A stretch of 64,000 bases of DNA, from positions 2,296,203 to 2,360,202 of the forward strand of contig JBJBEO010000001.1 in assembly GCA_047284725.1 (NCBI GenBank), written 5' to 3'. Shown one piece after another: positions 1 through 12,717 of this stretch. The notes under the pieces are model-generated. The model made no database searches. It was not told where the DNA came from and saw only the letters and a list, made by a program, of their open reading frames with translations. Origin of the DNA: Synechococcus sp. GTDB lineage: Bacteria; Cyanobacteriota; Cyanobacteriia; PCC-6307; Cyanobiaceae. Position 1 is the stretch's first letter; every line of letters begins with the position of its first letter. The position numbers were made by a program, and so were the translations under genes.

Positions 1-719
1 ACGTCTGCCTGTTGCTCTCCAACAGTGGCGAAACCTCAGAGTTGTTGGAGGTTCTGCCCCACCTCAAACGCCGGGGCACAGCGCGCATCGCCCTGGTGGG
101 TCGGGCTGAATCCTCCCTGGCCCATGGCAGTGATGTGGTCCTCGAAGCTTCCGTCGACAGGGAAGTTTGCCCGCTGAACCTCGCCCCCACTGCCAGCACG
201 GCGGTAGCGATGGCCATCGGCGATGCCCTGGCGGCCGTCTGGATGGAACGGCGCGGCATCTCTCCCGCCGATTTCGCCATCAATCACCCGGCCGGCTCCC
301 TGGGCAAGCAGCTCACCATGACCGTGGCCGACCTGATGGTCCCCGCCACGCAATTGCCCGCCCTCAAGCCGACCACACCTCTTGCGGAGGTGATCAGCCA
401 ACTCACCCAAGGGGCCATCGGCAGTGGCTGGGTCGAAGATCCCCAGTCCCCAGGCCGCTTATTGGGGTTAATCACCGATGGTGACCTGCGCCGCGCCCTG
501 CGGAACCACCGCAGCGACATCTGGGCAGACCTGCAGGCCAGTGACCTGATGACCTCCGATCCCATCACCGTGACGATCGAGCTGATGGCCGTGGACGCGA
601 TTCAGCGCATGGAACACAACCAACGCAAACCGATTTCCGTGCTGCCGGTGGTGAATGGCGAAGGCCAGCTCCAAGGCCTACTGAGGCTTCATGACCTGGT
701 GCAAGCAGGACTGGCTTGA
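1..719 (+). CDS. kdsD: Arabinose-5-phosphate isomerase KdsD/KpsF (SIS + CBS domains), 5' end cut by the window edge
   Basis: Motifs SNSGET, E-x-CPLNLAPTAST, GDALA, HPAGSLG and the CBS motif GLITDGDLRR; lies next to kdsC. Confidence 0.93.
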   Translation, partial: VCLLLSNSGETSELLEVLPHLKRRGTARIALVGRAESSLAHGSDVVLEASVDREVCPLNLAPTASTAVAMAIGDALAAVWMERRGISPADFAINHPAGSLGKQLTMTVADLMVPATQLPALKPTTPLAEVISQLTQGAIGSGWVEDPQSPGRLLGLITDGDLRRALRNHRSDIWADLQASDLMTSDPITVTIELMAVDAIQRMEHNQRKPISVLPVVNGEGQLQGLLRLHDLVQAGLA

Positions 720-1282
720 TGAAAGGCCTGTTTCGCTCTCTGCAATGGCGACGGCAGCGAGCTCAACTGCGCCGCATCAAGCTTTTAGTGCTGGATGTGG
801 ATGGCGTGCTCACCGATGGAGGCCTGTGGTTCGACCCCAACGGACTGCTGCTGAAACGCTTTGACGTCCGCGATGGCCTCGGTCTCCGCCTACTCCAACA
901 GGCGGGGCTGGAGCTGGCCTTTCTGAGCGGAGGCAAGGGGGGAGCCACCGAGGTGCGGGCCAGGCAACTCGGCATCCAGCACTGTCTTGTGGGCATCAAA
1001 GACAAGCCCGCTGCGCTGCATACACTGCAACGGCAACTGGGCGCCACAACAGCCACGACTGCCTTCATCGGCGACGACCTCAACGACCTAGCAGTCCGCA
1101 ATCAGGTGGGGCTCCTCTTAGCGCCCGCGGATGCCTGTCTTGTGGTGCGCCGTCAAGCCGATGTGGTGCTCAGCCGAGACGGAGGCCAAGGCGCCGTGCG
1201 CGAACTGGCGGAACACATCCTCAAGGCCCGAGGTCTCTGGAAGGAGCTGAGCAACAACGGCTGGAGAGACCGTAATGACTGA
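719..1282 (+). CDS. kdsC: Kdo-8-phosphate phosphatase (HAD family)
   Basis: LDVDGVLTDG, DGLG, IGDDLND and GGQGAVRE motifs; ATG at 719 overlaps the kdsD stop (TGATG). Confidence 0.93.
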   Translation: MKGLFRSLQWRRQRAQLRRIKLLVLDVDGVLTDGGLWFDPNGLLLKRFDVRDGLGLRLLQQAGLELAFLSGGKGGATEVRARQLGIQHCLVGIKDKPAALHTLQRQLGATTATTAFIGDDLNDLAVRNQVGLLLAPADACLVVRRQADVVLSRDGGQGAVRELAEHILKARGLWKELSNNGWRDRND

Positions 1283-2150
1283 CTCGCCCCCAACCCAAAC
1301 CCAACCGGGTGTGTTCCTGCTGGGAGTCGGGGCCCAGAAAGCTGGCACCTCTTGGCTACACCAGCAACTCAACATCCGCCGAGATACCGACTTTGGCTGC
1401 TTGAAGGAGTACCACGTCCATGACGCCCGCACGATTGAAGCGTTGTCCCGCTTCAGGCAGTTCAACATCAAACCGCGGCACCCCCGCACCTGGTTTCAGC
1501 CCCGTACTTGGCTGCGACAGTGGTTCATTCATCACCCAGAACGCTACACCGACTATTTCGCCTGGCTGTTGACGCGCCCCCATCTCAGGGGAACTCAAAT
1601 CCGCCTAACGGGCGATATCACCCCTTCCTATGCCCTCCTCGACGTCGACACCCTGAGAGAGATCAAGACCAGCTTTGCGAAGCGTGGCATCCCTGTGAAG
1701 CCCGTGTTTCTGATGCGCGATCCGATCGAGCGCATCATCTCCAGCCAGCGCATGAAACTCCGCAAACAAGGCTTACGGGATGCGGCCACGGAAATAGAGA
1801 CCCTCCGGATGCGGATCGCCAAGGGACGCGGCCTGCGCAGTGACTACAGCCAAACCCTGAACGCCCTTGATCAGTCCTTTGGTTTGGAGAACTGCTTCAT
1901 CGGCCTGTTCGAAACACTCTTTACCACCACCACCTACGCCGACCTCTGCACCTATCTGCACATCCCTTACCAAGAACCCGCCTGGGGCGAGAAGGTGAAT
2001 GAAAGCGCCACCTCCAACGTCATCCCCGATGACCTCCTAGCAGAGATGGGGCGAATGCAGGCCAGCGATCTTGTGTGTGCCCGTCAGGTGTTGCCCCATC
2101 TCTGCTTCGATCAGCTCTGGCCCACCGCCAGCCGCTGGTGCAAAGAGTGA
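1275..2150 (+). CDS. PAPS-dependent sulfotransferase family protein
   Basis: 5'-PSB loop GAQKAGTSWL, KE-x-H, DITPSY and 3'-PB motif MRDPIERIISS; 8-bp overlap with kdsC. Confidence 0.85.
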   Translation: MTDSPPTQTQPGVFLLGVGAQKAGTSWLHQQLNIRRDTDFGCLKEYHVHDARTIEALSRFRQFNIKPRHPRTWFQPRTWLRQWFIHHPERYTDYFAWLLTRPHLRGTQIRLTGDITPSYALLDVDTLREIKTSFAKRGIPVKPVFLMRDPIERIISSQRMKLRKQGLRDAATEIETLRMRIAKGRGLRSDYSQTLNALDQSFGLENCFIGLFETLFTTTTYADLCTYLHIPYQEPAWGEKVNESATSNVIPDDLLAEMGRMQASDLVCARQVLPHLCFDQLWPTASRWCKE

Positions 2151-2154
2151 GGCC

Positions 2155-2970
2155 TCAGCCCTGAGCCGCCAGCTGCCGGGCTTGCTCCAACTGCTCCGCG
2201 GTGTCCACCGATAGCGAGGTGCCCTCCACCTCGAAGGTGGCAATCGTGTGACCCGCCTCAATCAGGCGCAACTGCTCCAGCCGTTCCAGATCCTCCAGAG
2301 GAGACGCGGGCAGTTGATCCCAGGCCGCGAGCACATCCCCGCGGAAGCCATACATGCCCACATGGCCCCAGTAGTCCGTGTGCTCGTGCCAGTGGGCTGG
2401 ATCCACATCTCGCACATGGGGAATGGCGGAGCGCGAAAAATAGAGCGCCCGCCCGTCATGGGCCAGCAGCGTCTTCACCACTGCGGGATTGTGGATGGTG
2501 TCGGGCGACAGGCGATACACCGGTGTCACCACCGCTGGCACTGGATCACGCCGTCCGAATTCATCCACCATCGCGGTGACCACATCCGGCTCAAGGAATG
2601 GCTGGTCTCCCTGCACGTTGATCACCGCCGTGCTGGCCAGGCGCTGCTCACGGGCACCTGCATCCCAGCCATCCGCAGACTCACCCCAGGCGCGGGCCAC
2701 CAGCTGATCGGCCACCGAGGCAATCCGTTCACTGCCAGAACTGCAGGTCTCCGAGGTCATCAGCACCGGGAAACCCCAACCCTCTGCCAACTGCTGCAAA
2801 CGGGAACTGTCGGTGCACAACACCACTGCCGCCGGCCCCTGGGCCTTGGCGCATTGCTCCAGCACCCGCTGAATCATCGGCTTACCGCCAATCTCCGCCA
2901 GCACCTTGTCTGGCAGACGAGAGGACGCCAGGCGGGCCGGCACCGCCACAACAGACCGCTGAATCGTCAT
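2155..2970 (-). CDS. kdsB: CMP-Kdo synthetase
   Basis: VPARLASSRLPDK, SGSERI, NVQGDQP, ALYFSRSAIP, LERLEQLR and SVDT motifs; ATG at 2970 overlaps the upstream stop. Confidence 0.95.
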   Translation of the reverse strand: MTIQRSVVAVPARLASSRLPDKVLAEIGGKPMIQRVLEQCAKAQGPAAVVLCTDSSRLQQLAEGWGFPVLMTSETCSSGSERIASVADQLVARAWGESADGWDAGAREQRLASTAVINVQGDQPFLEPDVVTAMVDEFGRRDPVPAVVTPVYRLSPDTIHNPAVVKTLLAHDGRALYFSRSAIPHVRDVDPAHWHEHTDYWGHVGMYGFRGDVLAAWDQLPASPLEDLERLEQLRLIEAGHTIATFEVEGTSLSVDTAEQLEQARQLAAQG

Positions 2971-3674
2971 CAGTCCCACAGCTTCATGGCGTCATCGCGG
3001 GCGGAAAACCATTCCGCCGCCAAGGGGCCACCCATGGTGCGCTGCTCCCGGAACCATGGCCCACCGAGCGTCCAATGCAACATCGGTGAGGCCTCCTGCG
3101 TCTCAGGCGGGGCCTGCACATCCACCAGGTGATTCCAGCCAGCCTGGATGGCGCCGATCTCATGGTCGCCCTCCAGCCAGTGGAAACGATGCAGCTCCAA
3201 ACCCGTGGCGGTGTTGACGTAATCGACAGTGAGCTTGGCGCAGCGGCTGCAGTTGAGCAGCATCAGCGAACTCCAGTTTTTCTTGGGATAGGCGCTCTGC
3301 ACTTCTCCAAGGAATTTCACCGTCTCGCCAGGGACATGCTCATGTTGCACGCACATAGCGCCGTAACGGTCATCGCGCTGATCCCACAGCGCCTTGATGT
3401 CGGAGCGGCAGAGCATGTCGCAGTCCATAAACAAGGCCCAGCCCTGATAGTCCATCAGGTGCGGTACCAGAAAGCGCGTAAAGGAGAAAGCTGTGCTTTG
3501 TTTCGGATCACGCTCGCGCCGATACAACCCCTGGGCCTCCAACTGGGGCGTCACCAACGGCGTGATCGCCAGGGGCACAGAGCTGTGTTGATAAAGGCTG
3601 TCGATCAACACGTTGGTGGCCGCCCGCTCCCGCGGGTCGTATCCGATGAAAATCGGGATTGGAGCGACGGCCAT
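2970..3674 (-). CDS. GT-A fold glycosyltransferase resembling plant CDI (GT8-related)
   Basis: IFIGYDPRE, STAFSFTRFLVPHL, DxD motif FMDCDML, YPKKNWSS, LHRFHWLE and HWTLGGPWF. Confidence 0.8.
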   Translation of the reverse strand: MAVAPIPIFIGYDPRERAATNVLIDSLYQHSSVPLAITPLVTPQLEAQGLYRRERDPKQSTAFSFTRFLVPHLMDYQGWALFMDCDMLCRSDIKALWDQRDDRYGAMCVQHEHVPGETVKFLGEVQSAYPKKNWSSLMLLNCSRCAKLTVDYVNTATGLELHRFHWLEGDHEIGAIQAGWNHLVDVQAPPETQEASPMLHWTLGGPWFREQRTMGGPLAAEWFSARDDAMKLWD

Positions 3675-3695
3675 TCGTCTACATCTCGGCTGTGA

Positions 3696-6465
<2,770 letters not shown>

Positions 6466-6469
6466 CACT

Positions 6470-8299
6470 ATGGACGCAGACCGTAACCGTGACCAGCAAG
6501 TGACTCCTGCATCCTCGGCAACGGCAGCTGCCTGGAAAGCTTGGTCTCAAAGCATTGCTCTATCAAGCGCCATTCTTCTCACAATCGGCCTGCTTCTCGG
6601 CCAAATCGTGCGCACACTGAACCAAACCGGCAACAGCCCGGCATTTGATTTACACACCTACAACGAAGTTGGCCATGGTCTCTTCATCATCCTCTGGATC
6701 ACAGCCGTCGCTCTTCTCGTGATCGCAGCATGGAAGAGCAGCAGAACCAAACCTCAGCTCGACGCCATCGCGCTCACAAGGCAGATCGTCGTGTGGGTCA
6801 AGCGCCACCCAATCACGACCATTCTTTTGGCCGCATACTGCCTGATGATGGTGAATCAAGCCAGTTGGTTTTACAAAGAAATTGTCACTTGGTATGACGA
6901 CATCCACACCGATCAACTCATCAACAATTTCTCCATCCGCTGGTCGTTCATCTCCGAAGTAAGAGGCCGCAATGACTTCCGCTTCTTTCCGCTCTCTCAT
7001 CAAGATCTCCACATCTTGAGCTGGCTAACCCCTTACCCCAAGATCTGGGCACTTGCCAGCGCCCTTGAGCTCATGATCACACTCCTTGCGGGCATCAAAT
7101 TAGTACAACGTATACAAGCCAAATCATCAATACCAGGGATCAGCTTAATCGCATGCTTGATATTTATGTTCACGCCATCTGCCGCGTACAACTACTTTCA
7201 ATTCATCTACAGCGAGCGCATTCTCACCCTCAGCCTGGCGCTATTCAGCCTGGCTTATTTAAGTTTTCAACGCTCACAAGAAGACAACTGTGCCCTGATC
7301 GTGCTTTTGCTGGCGTTGATCGGCTGTTTCACGAAAGACATTGGCTTTCTTCTCTTTTCGGTGCCAGCTATCGCCACAATCCTGCTGGGATCTCTCGGCA
7401 TGCACAAGCACTATCCCAGCTGGAAGCAGGTCTCCTGCCAGCAATGGCTGCAGGCGTACCGCCTAGAGATTGGCCTGTGCTCGTTAATGCTCTGCTTCTT
7501 TGCAGCCTTCACCTGGCTGAGCTACCTGCCAGGAATCGCCGCCGATGTTGACCGCTACGACGCCGGCCTGGGCTTCTCCCTTTTCGTGCCTGATCTGCGC
7601 ACATGCGTCGTCGTCGCCTACAGCCTTACAAGACTCTTCAAGGTTCTGCGCCGACAATCCAAAGCCAACCTGCTCGACTGCCTCAACGCAGGCGCCATCG
7701 CCTACGGGGCATCATTGTTTGCCTTAGTGGGCTATCAGAGCAGCAGCTACATGGCGCTGCCGATCCTGCTCGTCGCCACCCTCGACATTCTCATGGTTTG
7801 GGGCTCCTGGGCCCTACCGCGTCTCAAGCAACGGTGGCCCAAGGCGAAACCCGCCCTAGTCGGAGCAGGATGCAGCGCCGTCATCCTGGGATTGGAACAC
7901 ACCTCTCCAACCTCTTTCTTCCATCAAGTGAGCGACATGCGCTCAACCCAACATTCTTGGCAGGCCACTCTGCAAGAGACCATCCGCCTCGCTCAAACCA
8001 CCAAGGAAAAAGGCGAGCCCGTCAACCTCATCTTCTCCAAGTCCTGGTTCAAACACTCTGACTACCTACGTTCACTGCAGTTTGATCGCTTAATCTACAT
8101 CGACCCAGACACAAAAGAAACACGCATCGTTGCTGGCATCAACAAAGGCAAAACGTACCAGCCCAACACTGGGGATTATTTCCTCAACATCGACTCAGGC
8201 AAAAAGCTCAAAAAATACAACATTGACCTCAGCTCATACGACCTGATTTATGACTTTGACCCCTCACTGAGCCAGGGAAAAATCTATCGTCATCGCTGA
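6470..8299 (+). CDS. Polytopic membrane protein, candidate GT-C glycosyltransferase (paralog 2)
   Basis: ATG at 6470, 4 bp after the paralog 1 stop; shares WFYKEI, WYDDI, RNDFRF, QFIYSER, YMALP and SKSWF blocks. Confidence 0.6.
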   Translation: MDADRNRDQQVTPASSATAAAWKAWSQSIALSSAILLTIGLLLGQIVRTLNQTGNSPAFDLHTYNEVGHGLFIILWITAVALLVIAAWKSSRTKPQLDAIALTRQIVVWVKRHPITTILLAAYCLMMVNQASWFYKEIVTWYDDIHTDQLINNFSIRWSFISEVRGRNDFRFFPLSHQDLHILSWLTPYPKIWALASALELMITLLAGIKLVQRIQAKSSIPGISLIACLIFMFTPSAAYNYFQFIYSERILTLSLALFSLAYLSFQRSQEDNCALIVLLLALIGCFTKDIGFLLFSVPAIATILLGSLGMHKHYPSWKQVSCQQWLQAYRLEIGLCSLMLCFFAAFTWLSYLPGIAADVDRYDAGLGFSLFVPDLRTCVVVAYSLTRLFKVLRRQSKANLLDCLNAGAIAYGASLFALVGYQSSSYMALPILLVATLDILMVWGSWALPRLKQRWPKAKPALVGAGCSAVILGLEHTSPTSFFHQVSDMRSTQHSWQATLQETIRLAQTTKEKGEPVNLIFSKSWFKHSDYLRSLQFDRLIYIDPDTKETRIVAGINKGKTYQPNTGDYFLNIDSGKKLKKYNIDLSSYDLIYDFDPSLSQGKIYRHR

Positions 8300-9159
8300 C
8301 GCGACGCTGAATACACCAGCCTTTGATTCAACTTCGACAACAATGGAAACAACAACGCCAGTTGTGCGACACCCGATGAAGCACCCATCCATGCAGCGTC
8401 GTAGCGAATAGCGCGCCCCTTGCTGGAATCAAACCGCATGCGGTTACCGGACAAAATATGACTACTGGAATAAAGCAACGGTTGCAGCATCTCGTCATGG
8501 AACTCCAGCCCTAGCCAAACGCAAACTCTCCGAAGGGCCTGCTCAGGATCTAGGGCCAACTCTTCATAGCCAAGCTGAAACACTGGCTTACCAGACCTCC
8601 GAAGCAGCCTCTCATGTCGAGCACTGAGGCGCCACCAGCGCAGCAGAGGACGAAGCCCAGGTAACCATGCTCCCTTTTTACGACCCTCCCGTGAACGGGA
8701 ATGGACCCAGCTGCGAACATCCCTGGTGAGATGAATCACTCGCACCTCCACTGCCGAGTCCTCAAGCAACGGCAGCACGAAGTCATCCTGAAAAGACTCA
8801 ACCACCCAAGGGGACGACCAAGAATCTGTCGACTTGCTGCGACGCAAACTCTCCAACAAATAGCCCAACTTCACTTGCAGAGGCTCTTCATCATGGGCGG
8901 GAAGCCAGTCCAGGACTGGGCCCCAAACGGGGCATTGAGCCGCCACCTGGCCACAAGTGCAAAGCCTTTCATGTCGTAGAGCTCCTCGCAACTGAGCAGG
9001 CCCCCGCTGACTCTCACCGCGTGCAGGCTTCTGCAGGACCCGCACGGCTTCTCCAAGCCCAATCATCTGTGGGTGTGCCCCAAGAGCGAGATCCAGGATG
9101 GTTGTGCCGCTATGACCAAGCCCTCGGATCAACAACAAGCGGAAGGACGGAGAACTCAT
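8290..9159 (-). CDS. Sulfotransferase family protein (carbohydrate sulfotransferase-like)
   Basis: GLGHSGTTILD 5'-PSB loop, IHLTRDVRSWVHS 3'-PB motif, YEELALDP. Confidence 0.8.
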   Translation of the reverse strand: MSSPSFRLLLIRGLGHSGTTILDLALGAHPQMIGLGEAVRVLQKPARGESQRGPAQLRGALRHERLCTCGQVAAQCPVWGPVLDWLPAHDEEPLQVKLGYLLESLRRSKSTDSWSSPWVVESFQDDFVLPLLEDSAVEVRVIHLTRDVRSWVHSRSREGRKKGAWLPGLRPLLRWWRLSARHERLLRRSGKPVFQLGYEELALDPEQALRRVCVWLGLEFHDEMLQPLLYSSSHILSGNRMRFDSSKGRAIRYDAAWMGASSGVAQLALLFPLLSKLNQRLVYSASRQR

Positions 9160-10295
9160 GCACGCTTCCTCAGCGGACGGTCATTCATCACCGACGTCAG
9201 AAATCGGGTGAGGTCATCGAGATGATGACCCAGCGTGAACCTCGCCAGAATTCGGCTCCGCCCTGCAGCTCCGAACCTCTCCGCCAAAGCCGGATCTGAC
9301 ATTAAGTGCTCCATCGCCACAGCCATCCCGGAGACATCGCCTTCTTCGACAAGACATCCTGTCTGTTGATCAATCACCACCTCCGGAATTCCACCATGGC
9401 GAGTGGACACGACGGGCAAACCGCTCAGCTGGGCCTCCATCACGGACACAGGATTGCCTTCGCTGTCGCCATCAGCAGCCACCATGGAATGCTGCACAAA
9501 CACCCGCACCTCCCTCATCAGGTCCGCCACTTGCTCCTGGGCTAATGCCCCGAAAAAGCGAACGCGATTCTGAAGGCCATGGTGCTGCACGAGGGCACGG
9601 GCCTCTGGAAGTAATGGGCCCTCACCCACCATCCATAACTCTCCGACGGGTTGCTTCTGAAAAGCTCGAATCGTATGCAGTGGGCCTTTTTTCGGCACAA
9701 AACGACCAACTGCCAGAAACACCGGCGCCGCCTGCAAGGGAGCACTGCCATGGAACAGAGCCGCATTGGCCCCTGACGCACTAATGAGCAAGCGTGATGA
9801 GTCGGCCCCAAGTTGCTCAAGCGCTTGCGCCATTGGCTTCGACTTGCAGATCACGCCATCAGCCAAGCGAAGCAGACGGCGATAGCGCTCTTTCAACACT
9901 CCCACTTTGCCGCGGGCAGATAAATCGGATCCCCGGAAATGCACGACAAGAGGCACACCGGTGACTGCAGCAGCATTCATCACCCTTACGGCATGGAATC
10001 CGAATTCCGCCATAACGAGATCGGGCTGATGCCGGCGGATCAGCACCTCAGCAACGAACGCGGCAGGCCATCCGGCTAAGCGCAACCAACCCAGACGGGT
10101 CAACACCTTGCTCATCCACACCGCCATGCCGTAAGCGCAGCGAAGGGGTTGCCGCCATGGGCACTCGTCGCCGAAATAGGCGTGCACCTCGAAGGGCAAC
10201 CCCGCCAGATTGGCACGGACAAATGTTTCAGATGCAGCTCGCCGGGTCGGCGCAAACACAAGCAGACGGCGTTGAGAGCGAGGAGAGTTAGCCAT
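9156..10295 (-). CDS. GT4 glycosyltransferase (WcaL-like)
   Basis: SETFV, VGRFVPKKG, GDSEGNPVSVMEAQ and HGGIPEVV; start placed at MANSPR. Confidence 0.9.
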   Translation of the reverse strand: MANSPRSQRRLLVFAPTRRAASETFVRANLAGLPFEVHAYFGDECPWRQPLRCAYGMAVWMSKVLTRLGWLRLAGWPAAFVAEVLIRRHQPDLVMAEFGFHAVRVMNAAAVTGVPLVVHFRGSDLSARGKVGVLKERYRRLLRLADGVICKSKPMAQALEQLGADSSRLLISASGANAALFHGSAPLQAAPVFLAVGRFVPKKGPLHTIRAFQKQPVGELWMVGEGPLLPEARALVQHHGLQNRVRFFGALAQEQVADLMREVRVFVQHSMVAADGDSEGNPVSVMEAQLSGLPVVSTRHGGIPEVVIDQQTGCLVEEGDVSGMAVAMEHLMSDPALAERFGAAGRSRILARFTLGHHLDDLTRFLTSVMNDRPLRKRA

Positions 10296-12717
10296 TGAGG
10301 CCTCCCTCAGCTGAGGCTTGGGTCGGCACGGAAACACCAACGCGACGGAGCGCAGCGATCAAGCGTTCCCTGAGGCGTTCCGGTGCGTATCGTTCCCTCA
10401 CTGCAAGCGCTTGCTCCGCCAACCGTGACCGTTCCGCTGGATGCGCCAGCAAACGCCCCAGACAGCTGACCCACTCCGCATCGGGGGCGTGGTCTGAGAT
10501 CAAACGACCGTTCTCCCCATCGGTGATCAAGTCAGCGGGCCCATGCGGACAATCGACGGCAACACAGCAGCAACCAGCAGCCATCGCCTCGAGCAACACG
10601 TTGGGGAAGCCCTCGTAACGAGAAGACAACACAAAGAGCTGACTACGTGCATACCAATCGGCCATGTTGCCGACACGCCCAGGGAAATGCAGCCGAGCCT
10701 GCAACTCGGGATGCTGCCACAGCAAGCCTTGGAGAGCCCCCAGTTGGTCGCAACCATGGTATGGCTGTTGGTCGAGGCCCACGATCACCAGCTGGAGGTG
10801 AAGATCCCGCAACGCCAAGGGGATCCACCAACGCACTAAGCGATCAAACCCTTTTTGATGCGATTTCGTGCCCACTGCAAGAACCACCGGGTCCGTCGGA
10901 CAAACGCCTGCCGCCGCTAACCATGACTGGGGATCCAGGCATGGCGCAAACCGTGGCAAAGGCCACTGCACTGGGTTGGGCATCAGCAGCTGAGGCTTCG
11001 CACCGAGATGACGTTCCAACCAGGAGCCGACCGCTTTGGTCTGTACAAGATGCAAAGCAGCCCACGGATAACTCAACCGGCGCAAAACGGCCCACAGCAG
11101 ACCGATGGGCTTGGAGGCAGGATCATTGCGCTCTGACACCACACAGGGGACTGCTGCCAACCGCGAAGCCCAAAGCATCTTGATCGCCGGCAGGGAAGTC
11201 ACACCAAACGTGAGCGCGACGTTGTGCCGACGAAGCCAACGCTGCAGCCGCAGCACCCGCAAAGGAAAAGCGCAGGGACCGAGCCAGCGCATCCAGGCAG
11301 GATCAAGAGGTTCCACCGCGCGACGAACCCCAGTGGGAATGGGGTAAAAGTCCCAACTTGCGGGCTTTCGGGTCAACACAACCGAGTCCCATCCCAACTG
11401 CTGCAACCAGGAAGCCCAACTGAGCGTGACCCGTTCTGCACCTCCCAACTTCAAGCTGTCGATGTAGAAGACCACCGTTGGTGACCTATGACGCCTTCCA
11501 TCCGCCTCAGCTGAGATATCGGCGATCGTTAGCAATCCACACTGGTGCAACACCCGCAACATTGCATCGGTTCTAGCTGCATAGGTCTGCGTCGCCGCCC
11601 TTGCCAGACGTTGCTGGAGTTGTGGGCCTTGACCCTTTAGCGCTGCGGCGATGGCCCGCCCGAAAGCATCGGCCTCCGGTGCACACAACCAAGCCACATC
11701 GCCATGGGGCTCCAAAGAAGGAATCGCTGTTGCCACCACGGGCAGACCCGCCGACAGGTACTCAAAGAACTTCATCGGGAACATATGCCGGGTGTAGCCG
11801 TTCAGCTGCAACGGCAACAAAGCCAAATCGGCATGGGCCAACCAAGCGGGCAGATCCGCGTAAGCCACAGGCCCGATCAGGATCACATTCGTACAGGCCG
11901 CCAAGGCATTCACGTCCGTTGAAGGATCACACTCACCAACGGGACCAATCAGCACAAATTCCCAATCGGGATGCCGATGAGCAAGCCGACATAACAGGGA
12001 GAGATCAAGCTTGTAAGCGTCGATGGCACCCATGAACAACAACCGGGGGCGAGACAACGGGTCCATCGCCGCTGGACATGGCAATGGTCGATCACCATGT
12101 CGAGCCCGGCTGAAGTGCTGATGATCAGCCACATTGCCAAACAAAAACGTATGGGAATTCCATCGCTGATGATGACTTTGCAACTCAGGGGACGTGGCGA
12201 ACACCACATCCGCGGCTTCCGACAAGCTGCGTTCGTTCGCCTCAATCCGCTCCACCGGCATTCCAGGCTGGTCCTGGATGCGATCCACACAGTGATAAAC
12301 ACTTCCCGAGAAATCACCTGGGTCGAGATAGAGCGTGGTGAGAGGGTTGTAGGTCCAGAGGATCGGATTGCTGAACCCCAGCCAACGGCAGGCAAATTCG
12401 AGCCCTCCATTGAGAAGTTGGCGATTGAGCTGGAGAGCTATTCCGCTGTGGCCACCTGGCAACACAGGGGGTGACCACACCCATAGCCGTTCACGCCGTT
12501 GGCGGGGGAGTTGCAGCAACCGGCGCAGACGCCGAACAATGCGGGTGCGATCGGCAGCACCCACCCGCGGCGGACGAATCCCGAGGGACTCGACATAGAG
12601 CACTCGATGCCCGGCCGCGGCCAGGGTCAGCGCCGTGTGCTGTTTGTTGGTCCAGAGCGGATGGTCCCAATCCGCAGTGGCGAGAACAACAAAATCAGCC
12701 ATCGCGCCCTCAGTCAC
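10288..12717 (-). CDS. Two-module GT4 fusion (TuaH-like N-terminal module, AmsD/PglJ-like C-terminal module)
   Basis: N-half has WDHPLWTNKQH and PMKFFEYLSAGLPVV; C-half has GGAERV and YEGFPNVLLEAMAAG; 809 aa with no internal stop. Confidence 0.85.
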   Translation of the reverse strand: MTEGAMADFVVLATADWDHPLWTNKQHTALTLAAAGHRVLYVESLGIRPPRVGAADRTRIVRRLRRLLQLPRQRRERLWVWSPPVLPGGHSGIALQLNRQLLNGGLEFACRWLGFSNPILWTYNPLTTLYLDPGDFSGSVYHCVDRIQDQPGMPVERIEANERSLSEAADVVFATSPELQSHHQRWNSHTFLFGNVADHQHFSRARHGDRPLPCPAAMDPLSRPRLLFMGAIDAYKLDLSLLCRLAHRHPDWEFVLIGPVGECDPSTDVNALAACTNVILIGPVAYADLPAWLAHADLALLPLQLNGYTRHMFPMKFFEYLSAGLPVVATAIPSLEPHGDVAWLCAPEADAFGRAIAAALKGQGPQLQQRLARAATQTYAARTDAMLRVLHQCGLLTIADISAEADGRRHRSPTVVFYIDSLKLGGAERVTLSWASWLQQLGWDSVVLTRKPASWDFYPIPTGVRRAVEPLDPAWMRWLGPCAFPLRVLRLQRWLRRHNVALTFGVTSLPAIKMLWASRLAAVPCVVSERNDPASKPIGLLWAVLRRLSYPWAALHLVQTKAVGSWLERHLGAKPQLLMPNPVQWPLPRFAPCLDPQSWLAAAGVCPTDPVVLAVGTKSHQKGFDRLVRWWIPLALRDLHLQLVIVGLDQQPYHGCDQLGALQGLLWQHPELQARLHFPGRVGNMADWYARSQLFVLSSRYEGFPNVLLEAMAAGCCCVAVDCPHGPADLITDGENGRLISDHAPDAEWVSCLGRLLAHPAERSRLAEQALAVRERYAPERLRERLIAALRRVGVSVPTQASAEGGLNG

